From: a virus
Lineage: Duplodnaviria > Caudoviricetes
Virus record (IMG/VR): IMGVR_UViG_3300037722_000191
Coordinates: 1-51,359 of that record
Direction: 5' to 3' (one strand)
Length of the DNA stretch: 51,359 nucleotides
The notes under the pieces were generated by a model. That model was not told the origin of the DNA and did no database searches. It saw nothing but the letters and a program-made list of their open reading frames with translations. A program made the position numbers and the translations under genes. This document shows positions 1 to 8,748 of this stretch, piece after piece (the stretch's first letter is position 1; the number at the start of each line of letters is the position of its first letter).

Positions 1-127
1 AAACCAGCGGGAACGAGCGGTTTTCGGGCGCCGCAAAATGAGGCGGAATCCCAGTATGTGCGGGGCTTTGCGCACTATACGCGGTCATCGCGGAAGGCGC
101 CAGTGTGCCGGGGACGGGACTCGAACC
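1..127. repeat. Terminal direct repeat, copy 1 (identical to 51233-51359; likely k=127 assembly overlap)
   Basis: Exact sequence identity of first and last 127 nt. Confidence 0.97.
105..127 (-). other. attP core: 3' end of a tRNA (probably tRNA-Leu)
   Basis: Reverse complement GGTTCGAGTCCCGTCCCCGGCAC = T-loop plus 3' acceptor strand; lies between Xis and the integrase region; contig overlap ends exactly here. Confidence 0.85.
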
Positions 128-136
128 ACGGCGCGC

Positions 137-448
137 TCAGTGGCTCTTGCGGGTGCGCGGGGCATTTTTGGGACGCTGCCGCTCGGCCCACGCCATAATC
201 TCCGCGGCCTTCCAGCGGTGCTGGCCGCGCCCGGAGGCAGACGGCAGTCGTATCGTATCAGGGAATCCGACCATCAGCGCGTAGCGCTCGGACACCTGGC
301 GGGCGCTCACGCCCAGGTAGGCGCCGGCCGCCTCGGCGTCCCATAGCACCTTGTCGGCGGGGATGACTGGGCGGGACAGGACATCGATGAGCCTGTCGAG
401 TTTGTCGGCGATATCGTTCATCGGGGATTTCTCGGTGGTGGTGTTCAT
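137..448 (-). CDS. Excisionase / AlpA-like HTH protein
   Basis: LWDAEAAGAYLGVS...GFPDTIRLP...RWKAAEIMAW signature; adjacent to attP; alternative start at 421. Confidence 0.8.
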   Translation of the reverse strand: MNTTTEKSPMNDIADKLDRLIDVLSRPVIPADKVLWDAEAAGAYLGVSARQVSERYALMVGFPDTIRLPSASGRGQHRWKAAEIMAWAERQRPKNAPRTRKSH

Positions 449-453
449 GATGG

Positions 454-717
454 CTAGTCCGTTCCAACCGCCGCGCGCACCAGATCCATCTGCGTGCGCA
501 ATTCGACGAGCTCGTACAGTTGTTCGCGATACACGTCCATGTGCCGCTCCAGTTGTTCGCGCAGCCGCTTTGTCTCGGCTTCGAGGCGGCGCAGCTTGTG
601 CAATTCCTGTTTGGTCATCATCATTTCCAGTGACGCAGTCCGCGCCGGAGTTATGCGGCAAAGCTGCGCCATAACATTTACGTCAACCGGACTTTGCGCA
701 ACAACCGCCTCGTCCAT
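454..717 (-). CDS. Hypothetical coiled-coil protein (5' end runs through an attC-like site)
   Basis: AGGAGA SD upstream of ATG 717; operon packing; alternative start about 624. Confidence 0.55.
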   Translation of the reverse strand: MDEAVVAQSPVDVNVMAQLCRITPARTASLEMMMTKQELHKLRRLEAETKRLREQLERHMDVYREQLYELVELRTQMDLVRAAVGTD

Positions 718-762
718 TCTCAATCTCCTTCCAGCGCAAGGCCGGTTAGCTCTGCGCTGGAA
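669..762 (+). repeat. attC-like site (chimeric/degenerate)
   Basis: R'' CCATAAC, L'' GT[C]AACCGG...TTGCGC pairing with GCGCAA...CCGGTTAG, R' GCTGGAA. Confidence 0.7.
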
Positions 763-765
763 TGC

Positions 766-1071
766 TCACGCACTCCGCTCAAGGTTTTCGGCCAGTTGGG
801 CGAGCACTCGTTTCGTCCATTCGACTGTGCCGTCGCCGCTTTCCAGCGACTCGCGCAGGTGTCTGATTACCGCCTGCGCATTGCGCACCTTAGCGTCTGC
901 AATGGCCGCGAGCTTGCCGGGGTGATCTTGAAGCGGGCACCACGGCGGGATTTCGCAACTCGCCGGTAGCGGTGCTCCATCCATGCTTCGGCACTCGTAC
1001 TGGCCGCCGCTGTAATAGGATCGCTGCGGGCATTCCTTGCAGTTTGTGACCGTCTTGACGATCTTCAGCAT
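766..1071 (-). CDS. Cys-rich hypothetical protein carried on an attC cassette
   Basis: CKECP...C...C..P.WCPL motif; GGAG SD lies within the attC; flanked by GCTGGAATGCT (756) and AGCATTCCAAC (1067). Confidence 0.7.
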   Translation of the reverse strand: MLKIVKTVTNCKECPQRSYYSGGQYECRSMDGAPLPASCEIPPWCPLQDHPGKLAAIADAKVRNAQAVIRHLRESLESGDGTVEWTKRVLAQLAENLERSA

Positions 1072-1128
1072 TCCAACTCTCCAATGCAGCGGATTCGCTG
1101 CGCTCACCGCTGATTTCCAGCGTTACCC
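1071..1128 (+). repeat. attC-like site (58 bp)
   Basis: R'' TTCCAAC, spacer, AAT[G]CAGCGG / CCGCTGATT with extrahelical base, R' GTTACCC. Confidence 0.8.
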
Positions 1129-1174
1129 CGCTCGATCTCCCACCATTGATCGTCTGTCATGGCTGCGTTTGGTG

Positions 1175-1705
1175 TCAATTCACGGCCTCGCAAAGCCGTT
1201 CCATCTCCTGTCTTGGAACAGGCTGAAATGGATGCATATCGCGCTTTGCATCTAGGTACGCCTTGTACGCGTCGCTTGGTGAGTCAAAGGCGCCAAGGAA
1301 AGCCCTGTTCCCGTTGGCGCATATGCGCGAATACCATTTCTTGTGTTTATTGTTCCAATGCACTCCAACAAACCCAGAGGTGTTTTTGGAGCTACGCTTC
1401 ATGTTTTGCCCATTCTCTGCTGCGCTTGCATGGCGCAGGCTGGTGGCACGGTTGTCGTTGCGCACCCCGTTTATGTGGTCGATACCGCTAGGCGGGAATG
1501 AGCCTTCAAGGAAGGCCATAGCCAGCCTGTGCGCTTGGTATCGTTTCCCTTGAAACGAAATTTGGACGTAACCGGAATGGAGCAATAAACCTGCAACCTT
1601 GCCGACAATCTTTTGACGGTGAGGATTTTTTACCCAAACGAATTGGCCGCTACTAGGGTTGTATTCCAGATACTGGCGCATCATCGCAATTAGGTCAGGC
1701 TCCAT
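1175..1705 (-). CDS. HNH homing endonuclease with AP2-like C-terminal domain
   Basis: YQAHRLA...IDHINGVRNDNR..L HNH motif; NTSGFVGVHW...LGAF..P.DAY.AY; lower GC than flanks. Confidence 0.9.
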   Translation of the reverse strand: MEPDLIAMMRQYLEYNPSSGQFVWVKNPHRQKIVGKVAGLLLHSGYVQISFQGKRYQAHRLAMAFLEGSFPPSGIDHINGVRNDNRATSLRHASAAENGQNMKRSSKNTSGFVGVHWNNKHKKWYSRICANGNRAFLGAFDSPSDAYKAYLDAKRDMHPFQPVPRQEMERLCEAVN

Positions 1706-2174
1706 AGATACCCCCGATATCTTGCATTGCCCATGAAATCTTCGTCGTCGTGATCGCGCTCAGAATCGCCCCGTCCGCTAGCTCAGGTATCCGCCCGATG
1801 GTCGCCTCGAATTCCTCGCGTGCCTGCTCGACGAGCCGCGGCGTCACCGCCTGACCGCGCTCCAGCCGGTCCGCAAGTACGCCCATGTGATAGAGCCGGA
1901 TGTCGGCCGCGATGCGTGCCCAGCAGTCGCACCACCCGCGAATGGCTGGGGCGATGGCGCACCACTCCGCGCGCTCGGTCACGCCGTCGTCGCACTCGGG
2001 CATGCGCATGACGGGCAGGCCGTCGAGCTCGTGCACCTCGCCGGTGGCGAGCAGGGCGAAGAGGGCGCGCATGGGGCTGGCGATGACCGCGGCCTTGCGC
2101 TGCTTCTCGGCGCGGTGCAGGCCGGCGGCGATGAGCGGATGCAGGCCGACGCAGCGGCTGGCGCGCTTTCTCAT
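1695..2174 (-). CDS. Hypothetical phage protein
   Basis: ORF in tightly packed leftward operon. Confidence 0.6.
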   Translation of the reverse strand: MRKRASRCVGLHPLIAAGLHRAEKQRKAAVIASPMRALFALLATGEVHELDGLPVMRMPECDDGVTERAEWCAIAPAIRGWCDCWARIAADIRLYHMGVLADRLERGQAVTPRLVEQAREEFEATIGRIPELADGAILSAITTTKISWAMQDIGGIYGA

Positions 2175-2461
2175 TTGCGCAACTCCTCGGCCTTGGCGCG
2201 CAAACGTGCGGCCAGGTTTGTGCATGTATTGATTCCGGCTTCGCGTCGTTCAGCGCCGATGATGTACTCGCAGCTAACGTGCTGCACTGCGTCGGCGCAC
2301 ATCTCCGCCCCCATGCGCAGCCCCTCGGCCATGGCGAGGCGGACGAGGCGCTCGATATGCTCGGTGCCGGGCATGGCTTGCACCCAGAGCACGCCTTCCC
2401 GCTGTACCAGCAGGCCCACGTCGAGCGCCAGGCGCAGGGCGAGTGCTCGGGTGTCGGTCAT
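2171..2461 (-). CDS. Hypothetical phage protein
   Basis: ATGA overlaps with both neighbours. Confidence 0.6.
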   Translation of the reverse strand: MTDTRALALRLALDVGLLVQREGVLWVQAMPGTEHIERLVRLAMAEGLRMGAEMCADAVQHVSCEYIIGAERREAGINTCTNLAARLRAKAEELRK

Positions 2462-2952
2462 TGCGCGTCTCCCATGGCTCTGATCGCGTCCGCCGTTCGC
2501 TGCGCCACGTTGTCGCTGTCGCACTGGCCGAACACGATGGCGATGCACCGCTCACGCTCTTGCGCCAGTCGCGCACACAGCGCGGTGTCGTCGGCGGGCG
2601 GTTTCGGTGCGGCGGCGAGCATGTAGGCCCACACGTGCTCTGTAACGCCGTAAGTCGTATGGGCGTCGGACAGGCGGATGTCGTCGAACGCGCCGTCCAT
2701 CATCTCGATGGTTGGCTCCACCGGGACCAACTGCCACCCTTCCGGCACGCCCTGCGCCCGCAGTGCGGCGAGTTCGGCGACGGCTTTGTTTCGTTCGTCA
2801 GCCGCCCGGTTGCACGCTGCGCTCGCATCGGCCCAGCCTTTCTCTGCGCGCTCGTATGCGTCAGCGACGACGATGCGGGCGATGCGCACGGTCTCGACGG
2901 TATGCCCCCGCGGATTCCGCGCGACGTGCAAGGCTTCGTTGGTATCCATCAT
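2458..2952 (-). CDS. Phage protein with VPEGWQLVPVEPT...MLAAAP motif (Ea/Ead-type accessory)
   Basis: Motif common in lambdoid accessory genes. Confidence 0.7.
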   Translation of the reverse strand: MMDTNEALHVARNPRGHTVETVRIARIVVADAYERAEKGWADASAACNRAADERNKAVAELAALRAQGVPEGWQLVPVEPTIEMMDGAFDDIRLSDAHTTYGVTEHVWAYMLAAAPKPPADDTALCARLAQERERCIAIVFGQCDSDNVAQRTADAIRAMGDAQ

Positions 2953-2954
2953 TC

Positions 2955-3197
2955 TCAGCGGCCTCGAATCACGGTGATTGCCTCGATCGCGAACTCCTGC
3001 GACCACGGGTAGCGCATGGCGCCAGACGCAGCGGCATACCAGCGCAGGGCGGCGAAGCGGATGATGCGCACGCGCGCGTCGTCGAGTTCGGCGCTAATGA
3101 ATTCGTCGACGGACGCGGCGCAGCCGTAGCCAGAGAAGATGGCTTCGAGCGCGCCGAGTTCGTCGCCGTCGCAGACGGCGTATAGATCGATGGTCAT
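2955..3197 (-). CDS. Hypothetical phage protein
   Basis: GGAG SD; ATGA coupling with upstream gene. Confidence 0.55.
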   Translation of the reverse strand: MTIDLYAVCDGDELGALEAIFSGYGCAASVDEFISAELDDARVRIIRFAALRWYAAASGAMRYPWSQEFAIEAITVIRGR

Positions 3198-3547
3198 TTC
3201 GCGCTCCACTCCAGCGTATTGCGCCCATTGACGAACGCCTCGCGCACGCTCACCAGCTCGCGCAGCTCCATCCGCTGCAGGCAGCGCCGCGCCGCGCTCG
3301 GGGTCGTGCCGACGAAGTGCGCAAGCGCGGTGGTGGTGCCCGGTCCGGACTCCAGCGCGGCGAGGAAGTCGTCCTGCATCCCGATCGGCGTGACTTGGCG
3401 ACAGGGCTTCTCGCGCGGGGCGGGGGTGCGCACGGGCTCCGGCAGCGGGTGCGGGGCGGCGTGGCCGAACAGCAGCGCCCAGTGGGTCGGCAGTGCGGCC
3501 GGCTGGGCGATGCCGTTGGCGGCGGCGAGTTGGGCGGCGAGGTTCAT
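3194..3547 (-). CDS. Putative winged-HTH DNA-binding protein
   Basis: C-terminal GTTTALAHFVGTTPSAARRCLQRME..ELV; GGAGG SD. Confidence 0.6.
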   Translation of the reverse strand: MNLAAQLAAANGIAQPAALPTHWALLFGHAAPHPLPEPVRTPAPREKPCRQVTPIGMQDDFLAALESGPGTTTALAHFVGTTPSAARRCLQRMELRELVSVREAFVNGRNTLEWSAK

Positions 3548-3774
3548 GCGACCTCCTTGCCGGCCCATTTCGCAAACGACGAGAGGTGCAGATTGCGCCC
3601 AATCCCGCGCTGCTCGAACAGCACGCCGGGCTCATCATGGTTCGGCGGCTCTCCGGTCGCGCTCCAAAACTGCGACGGCCTGAACTCCGGGCCAATTGCA
3701 ACCACGGTGCGCTGCGTCTTGCCGGCGCCGCGGTTCGTGTAGGTCTTGCCGACCTTGATCTCGTTCGGGCTCAT
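3544..3774 (-). CDS. Hypothetical phage protein
   Basis: MSPNEIKVGKTY start, AGGAGG SD, ATGA overlaps. Confidence 0.65.
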   Translation of the reverse strand: MSPNEIKVGKTYTNRGAGKTQRTVVAIGPEFRPSQFWSATGEPPNHDEPGVLFEQRGIGRNLHLSSFAKWAGKEVA

Positions 3775-4082
3775 GCGGCCTCCTTCGCGATGGCTTCCTT
3801 GAGCACTTCGATTTGCGCGCGCTCGCTCTCGATCATTGCCGCGTAGGCTTTCTTGATCCCGAGCATGATCATTTCCCGGCCGCGCACCATGCGCGACTGC
3901 CAGCCAAAGGAACGGCCGCCGTCCTGTGCAACGACGATCGCTCTGGTTGCGCCAGGGACGCACACGCTGATCGTGCCCTGGTGTCCGAGGTTCAGCGTCT
4001 CGGCCTCGGCTCGGAGTGCGATCAGGCTCTTTCGTGCCAGATCAAGATCCTTAGTCAGACTGCGGATAAGGTCGGTATTCAT
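3771..4082 (-). CDS. Hypothetical phage protein
   Basis: GGAGG SD, ATGA overlaps. Confidence 0.65.
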   Translation of the reverse strand: MNTDLIRSLTKDLDLARKSLIALRAEAETLNLGHQGTISVCVPGATRAIVVAQDGGRSFGWQSRMVRGREMIMLGIKKAYAAMIESERAQIEVLKEAIAKEAA

Positions 4083-5263
4083 GCGGCCTCCCGTTGGGCC
4101 ATGCCGCGCGCGAAGATCAGCACCTCGTGCAGATCATCGTCACTCAGCGTATCCAGCAGCGCGTCCAACTCGCCGCGTAGCGCGTTCGTCCTGGCGCGCG
4201 CCTCGGCAACCCGCTGGCGCTCGGCGTCTTCGATGGCGCGCAGGCGAGCGGCTTCGGCTTCCTGCGCGGCCCGCTCGGCGGCCAGGCGATCCGTCTCGGC
4301 CTGGCGGGCGGCCTCGGTTATGCGCTCCACTTCGGCGCGCGCTGCGGCCATCCGGGCGGCTTCGGCCGCGCGCGCCTGCTGCAACAGGGCGTCCACTTCG
4401 GCGCGGTCGGCTGCGGCTTGGCGGTCGGCGGCAGCGCGCTCCTGGGCCGCCCGGGCATCGGCGTCGCGGCGCACCGCTTCGGCCTGACGGTCAAGCTCGG
4501 CTTGCTTCTCGCGGGCGATGCGCTGCTCTTGCGCGAAGGCGGCACGTTCCGCGGCGAGGCGCGCGGCTTCGGCCTGCTGCTCGGCGGCGATGCGGATGCG
4601 CTCGGCGGCGTCGCGAGCTTCCTGTTCGGCGCGCTGACGGGCGAGTTCTTCGCGCTCGGCCTGCAGACGGGCGGCTTCGGCCTCGCGGCAGGTTGCGGCA
4701 TCGTGGATCTCGCGCAGGGCGGCGATGGTTTCGGACTTGGCCTTGTGGGCGGCCGGCGCGAATTCCTCGAACACGCCGTCACCCACATCGATGCCGCCGA
4801 GTTGATCGATGAGGTTCTGCACCTTCTCGGCGCACGCGCCGGATGCCTGGACGACGTGGAAGCGGATCGCCTCGATGCCCGCGCGGTGCCCGTCGATGCG
4901 CGTCTGCTCGGCTTGGAGCTTCGCCTGGCGCTCGGCTTCGCGCGCCGCATCCCATTCGTCCTGCAGGGACTGCAGTCGGGATTCCTCTGGCGCCAGGATG
5001 GCGATCAGGCGCTTCTCCTCGGCGATAACGGCATCCGAGAAGGATCGCGCATCCTCGCGCGCCGCCTTGCCCGTCTTGGTGATATCGACGCGCGTACCCT
5101 TGAGGCGCATGCGCGCGCCGTGCGCCTCGTGATAGCCGGCGGCGTTCTTGATCTCACGGATGCGCGCAGACTCGGACACCAGGTCAAGCAGTGCGATCTC
5201 GTAGGCGTTCGCGCCAAGGGCGACGGCGGCACGCTCGGTGATGGTCAGTGCGGTAGTGGTCAT
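4079..5263 (-). CDS. Long Ala/Glu/Arg-rich coiled-coil protein (DUF1351/TolA-like phage recombination-module protein)
   Basis: 394 aa heptad-rich sequence next to recombination genes. Confidence 0.7.
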   Translation of the reverse strand: MTTTALTITERAAVALGANAYEIALLDLVSESARIREIKNAAGYHEAHGARMRLKGTRVDITKTGKAAREDARSFSDAVIAEEKRLIAILAPEESRLQSLQDEWDAAREAERQAKLQAEQTRIDGHRAGIEAIRFHVVQASGACAEKVQNLIDQLGGIDVGDGVFEEFAPAAHKAKSETIAALREIHDAATCREAEAARLQAEREELARQRAEQEARDAAERIRIAAEQQAEAARLAAERAAFAQEQRIAREKQAELDRQAEAVRRDADARAAQERAAADRQAAADRAEVDALLQQARAAEAARMAAARAEVERITEAARQAETDRLAAERAAQEAEAARLRAIEDAERQRVAEARARTNALRGELDALLDTLSDDDLHEVLIFARGMAQREAA

Positions 5264-5760
5264 TTGATTTCGATCCTTTGCGTGCGCGCCAGATGGGCAC
5301 CGGGGATGACGAATCCATCCCTCATTGCAGACTTCATGGCCGCCTTATCGGGCTCGTGGCGTGCCGGGATTTCGCGCTGGTAATCGACCGGGATGGCGGA
5401 CTCGTCATCGATCACCACCGACTCTGGATTCGCGCGCACGGCGATCCTGAACCACGGCGACTCGATCTTCTGGATGCCGCACCGCTGCATGTTGCTCAAC
5501 AGGTACTCACGCAGCGAGGCGGCGCGGGCCTCGATCGCCTTACGGCGCCTCGCCATCTCCGCCTCGGCGGCCTTGATCTGGTCGGCGGCCGCTTCAAGGT
5601 TGCGGGCGAAGGCGGCGACGTTCGTGCATTTCTGCTCAAGCGGCTGGGCGATCGCCTCCAGGGTGTCGGCCACCACTTCCGGCGGCAGATCCATGTCGGC
5701 GAGCTGGTCCGCAACGGCGCGGAACTCGCTGGCCAGTTCGTACAGCGCAAGGCTGGTCAT
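5260..5760 (-). CDS. Siphovirus Gp157 family protein
   Basis: LYELA..F....L...DTLE...K..N....RNLEA...NP.SV.I.DE..IP..Y...PDK...K..G..IPGA.L pattern. Confidence 0.85.
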   Translation of the reverse strand: MTSLALYELASEFRAVADQLADMDLPPEVVADTLEAIAQPLEQKCTNVAAFARNLEAAADQIKAAEAEMARRRKAIEARAASLREYLLSNMQRCGIQKIESPWFRIAVRANPESVVIDDESAIPVDYQREIPARHEPDKAAMKSAMRDGFVIPGAHLARTQRIEIK

Positions 5761-5773
5761 GGCGGGCCTCATC

Positions 5774-6247
5774 TCAGATCACGCGCCACGACGCACCGGC
5801 GCCGAGACGGTTAAAAGGGATGTCGTCTTCCATGCCCGCGAACCCACTACCGGACTGCGTGGGGGCGCTGCGCTGCGGTGCGGCCTGGCTGCGCTCCTGC
5901 TGCGCGCCTTCCGGCTTGCCGCCGAGCATCTTCATCACATCGCCGCGAATCTCGGTCGTGTAGCGATCCTGCCCGTCCTTGTCCTGCCATTTGCGGGTGC
6001 GCAGGCTGCCCTCGATGTACACCTGACTGCCCTTGCGCAGGTACTGTCCGGCGATCTCCGCCAGCCGGCCATAGAATGACACCCGGTGCCATTCGGTCGC
6101 TTCGCGGCGCTCGCCGGTGGCCTTGTCCTTCCACGTCTCCGTGGTGGCCAGGCGGATATTGCAGATCGCGTCGCCTGACGGCGTAAATAGTTGCTCCGGG
6201 TCGGCGCCAAGATTGCCGATTCCGATCCATTTGTTCACTGAGGCCAT
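5774..6247 (-). CDS. ssb: Single-stranded DNA-binding protein
   Basis: [14 protein letters not shown]...TEWHRV...[19 protein letters not shown]...DDIPF. Confidence 0.97.
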   Translation of the reverse strand: MASVNKWIGIGNLGADPEQLFTPSGDAICNIRLATTETWKDKATGERREATEWHRVSFYGRLAEIAGQYLRKGSQVYIEGSLRTRKWQDKDGQDRYTTEIRGDVMKMLGGKPEGAQQERSQAAPQRSAPTQSGSGFAGMEDDIPFNRLGAGASWRVI

Positions 6248-6250
6248 GTC

Positions 6251-7120
6251 TTATGCTCCTGCCAATGCGGCTTGTTCGTATTCGGTGACGGCGGAATTGA
6301 TGCGGGCAACGTCGTCGGCGGCCGTGAAGCGATCGAGCAGCTTGAGCCCGCGGTTCTTTGCTTGATCGACCGTCAGGCTCGCGGCGATCCACGCCACCCC
6401 CTTGTCAATCTCGGACTGCTCTGGCTGCGGCGTCGCGCCCGAGCTAAGCCAGTCAAGCAACATGCGTCCGGTGTCCGCGGTGATCTGCTTCGGGTCGCCA
6501 CCGAACAGCCCGGTGCGGTCCTTGGAGGCCGCGGCAAAGTGCCCGTCATGGACGATGTCGAGTACCGTCGTGAATTCGTACTCCGACCCGTCGCGCTGCT
6601 CGGCCTTCATGCCGAGCTTGACGACTTGCTTCTTGCCGTTCGGCCCTTCCGTCTGCGCCGTTTCCGTCTTGCTGCGCATGGTTGCGATGATGTGCAGCGG
6701 CGAACGAAGAATTGCGTCCAGCACGGCACGGTGACGCGGGGTGATGTCGTTCCACGCGCTCCACGAGTTGCCCTTGTACTTGCTGCGTGCGACCTGATCG
6801 ACCAGTTCCAGGCACCCGCCAACGCCGCTCCACTCGTGCGTCAAACTGTCGATGATCAGCACGGCGTACCCGGCGTGCTCAGCGGACTTGATCGCCTCAA
6901 TGAACCGCTCGGGCGTATAGGGCGGGTCAAGGTCAAGCGCGTCGAACTCATGCACATGCGTGTAGAGACTGGCCGACCCGCGCTCGGTATCGATCAGCGC
7001 AACCTTGCCGCCCAACCCCTTCGCCAGCAACAGAGCGCCATACGTCTTGCCGCTGCCGCTCGGGCCGGAAAGCGCCAAGCGAAGTTTTGCTTGCTTCCTC
7101 ACAGCTTTAACGAATTGCAT
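6251..7120 (-). CDS. AAA_24 / Sak4-like ATPase (phage recombination)
   Basis: Walker A GPSGSGKT, Walker B VLIIDS; adjacent to ssb. Confidence 0.85.
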   Translation of the reverse strand: MQFVKAVRKQAKLRLALSGPSGSGKTYGALLLAKGLGGKVALIDTERGSASLYTHVHEFDALDLDPPYTPERFIEAIKSAEHAGYAVLIIDSLTHEWSGVGGCLELVDQVARSKYKGNSWSAWNDITPRHRAVLDAILRSPLHIIATMRSKTETAQTEGPNGKKQVVKLGMKAEQRDGSEYEFTTVLDIVHDGHFAAASKDRTGLFGGDPKQITADTGRMLLDWLSSGATPQPEQSEIDKGVAWIAASLTVDQAKNRGLKLLDRFTAADDVARINSAVTEYEQAALAGA

Positions 7121-7781
7121 GATGATCACCCTTGCGTGACTTGGTTGTAACGGCAGCATCGGGCGACCAGCCAAGCTGCTTTATTCTCTTGTGCGCACAT
7201 GAATAGGCGATTCCGTTCAGTTCGCACCACTCGGCAAGTGTTTTCTGCTCGCCGTCCACTTCGATCATGATGTTCGTGCGCTTGTTGTTTGCTTGGTCGA
7301 GCGCAGTAGCCCACCCGCAGTTTCCGGGCTCGTAGTTGCCGGCGGAATCTTTGCGGTCAATAGTCATGCCGACCGGTCGCTCGCCCATGTCAGCCAGGAA
7401 ATTCTCAAATGACTTCCATCGGTCGCACACTTGCACTCCACGTGCCCCATACAGCCGGTAGTTGTCATGCCCGTGGTCGCAGCAACGTTGAATCATTGAC
7501 CGCCATGACACATATGTCGGCGACTGCGATGCGCGTCGTTTGTGGCCGTGAATTCTCGCGTTCCCTTCTCGCTTAATGCAGCCGCAAGACTGGGTGTGGC
7601 CGCTCTTTAGGTGCTTCTCGATTACTGTCACCTCAGTCCCGCACTCGCACATACATAGCCACGTCGGTCGATTTTCCTTCCCCGTTCGCCCTGCATACTC
7701 CGAAATCCGAAGCCTCCCGAATTGGCCGGAAAGCGCCACCCGTGGGCTGGCCTGCTTCCTCACTGCCTTTTTGAACTCCAT
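7107..7781 (-). CDS. HNH-type (Cys-rich) endonuclease fused to a duplicated ATPase N-terminus
   Basis: WLCMCECG...SCGC...YGARGVQVCDRW..FENFLADMGERP...TIDRKD..GNYEPGNC.WAT..Q.NN; N-term MEFKKAVRKQ. Confidence 0.85.
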   Translation of the reverse strand: MEFKKAVRKQASPRVALSGQFGRLRISEYAGRTGKENRPTWLCMCECGTEVTVIEKHLKSGHTQSCGCIKREGNARIHGHKRRASQSPTYVSWRSMIQRCCDHGHDNYRLYGARGVQVCDRWKSFENFLADMGERPVGMTIDRKDSAGNYEPGNCGWATALDQANNKRTNIMIEVDGEQKTLAEWCELNGIAYSCAHKRIKQLGWSPDAAVTTKSRKGDHHAIR

Positions 7782-7851
7782 TGTCCATCTCCTCGAATTG
7801 CTGCCATTGCTGGTACTGCTGCTGGAACTGGGCGCCGCCGTCGTCGTCCAT
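7633..7851 (-). CDS. Small Gln/acidic hypothetical protein (overlaps endonuclease start)
   Basis: GAGG SD; MDDDGGAQFQQQYQQWQQFEE. Confidence 0.4.
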   Translation of the reverse strand: MDDDGGAQFQQQYQQWQQFEEMDNGVQKGSEEAGQPTGGAFRPIREASDFGVCRANGEGKSTDVAMYVRVRD

Positions 7852-7855
7852 GGCG

Positions 7856-8113
7856 TCACCCTCTGAACTTCGCCGACAACTCAACCTCCCGGCGAACCTG
7901 CTCGCTTGTTCGGCTGTCGTGCTCGACCGTCCGGCCGTCGTGCTTGGCCTTGAGCCGCTCCAGTTTCGTTGCGCATCCGGCGAGATACTTGTCGGCCTGC
8001 TCGCGCTGGGCCTCGATGAAGACTTCCAGGCGCGCGATCTTCACGGCCTCGCGGTTGCGGCGGCGGGCCTTCGCGGCGCGCAGGTAGTGGCGGGCCAGGG
8101 TAATCAGGCTCAT
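7856..8113 (-). CDS. Hypothetical basic protein
   Basis: AAGGAG SD; ATGA overlap. Confidence 0.6.
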   Translation of the reverse strand: MSLITLARHYLRAAKARRRNREAVKIARLEVFIEAQREQADKYLAGCATKLERLKAKHDGRTVEHDSRTSEQVRREVELSAKFRG

Positions 8114-8280
8114 TTCTTCGACTCCTTGCGGAACAGGAAGGCGATCAGCGGGCTCGGCTCCGTCTCCTCGTCAGCGATCGCGTCGGCGAGCAGGTCCATC
8201 GCTGTCAGATGGGGGTTGCATCCGTCGTGATGCCGACCAGTGACGAGCATCCCGAGGCTGTAGAAGTAGGGCGCCATCAT
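8110..8280 (-). CDS. Hypothetical protein
   Basis: ATGA overlaps with neighbours. Confidence 0.5.
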   Translation of the reverse strand: MMAPYFYSLGMLVTGRHHDGCNPHLTAMDLLADAIADEETEPSPLIAFLFRKESKK

Positions 8281-8501
8281 TTCGCCGACTCCACCTTCTC
8301 GATTGCGGCCCGCGCCCGATTCTTTGCCCACAACTCGAAGTCGGTCGGGTCGTCCCATTCGATGGTGTCGGCCATTGCGATGTAGCGCAGCTCCTGCAGG
8401 AGTTCGTCGCGCTGCTGCGTGATGTCCTGGCAGTGCATGACGAGCGTCGCATGGTCCATTGCCAACAGTCGCTCGGTGCGTGCTTTCGTGCTCTCGCTCA
8501 T
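8277..8501 (-). CDS. Hypothetical phage protein
   Basis: GGAGG SD; QRDELL..L....ARAAIEK motif common in phage accessory genes. Confidence 0.65.
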   Translation of the reverse strand: MSESTKARTERLLAMDHATLVMHCQDITQQRDELLQELRYIAMADTIEWDDPTDFELWAKNRARAAIEKVESAK

Positions 8502-8504
8502 CGC

Positions 8505-8738
8505 TCAATCCTCCGTACAGTCCGTTGCGTACTTGCCAATTTCCGCGATCGCGCTCATTGCCTTGCCGCGGTCGCCCGCCAGATCCGCTACGGCGGCAAT
8601 GCCGAGCCAGGTACGGATCTCTCCGATGATCTCGTCCATCCCGATGGCGCCGTCCAGATCGTCCCCGGCGAGGCGCGGATCGTCGCCAAGGTCGCCCGGC
8701 CCTGGCAGGTCGCGGCAGTTGCTGCTGTACGTGGTCAT
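8505..8738 (-). CDS. Hypothetical protein
   Basis: GGAGA SD; operon packing. Confidence 0.55.
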   Translation of the reverse strand: MTTYSSNCRDLPGPGDLGDDPRLAGDDLDGAIGMDEIIGEIRTWLGIAAVADLAGDRGKAMSAIAEIGKYATDCTED

Positions 8739-8748
8739 GGCCATCTCC

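Noticed and set aside
1-127. Biological terminal repeat of the virion DNA
   Set aside because: Length equals a common assembler k-mer (127) and it lies at attP, far from the terminase region
105-127. tRNA gene
   Set aside because: Only the T-loop and 3' acceptor strand are present; no D or anticodon arm
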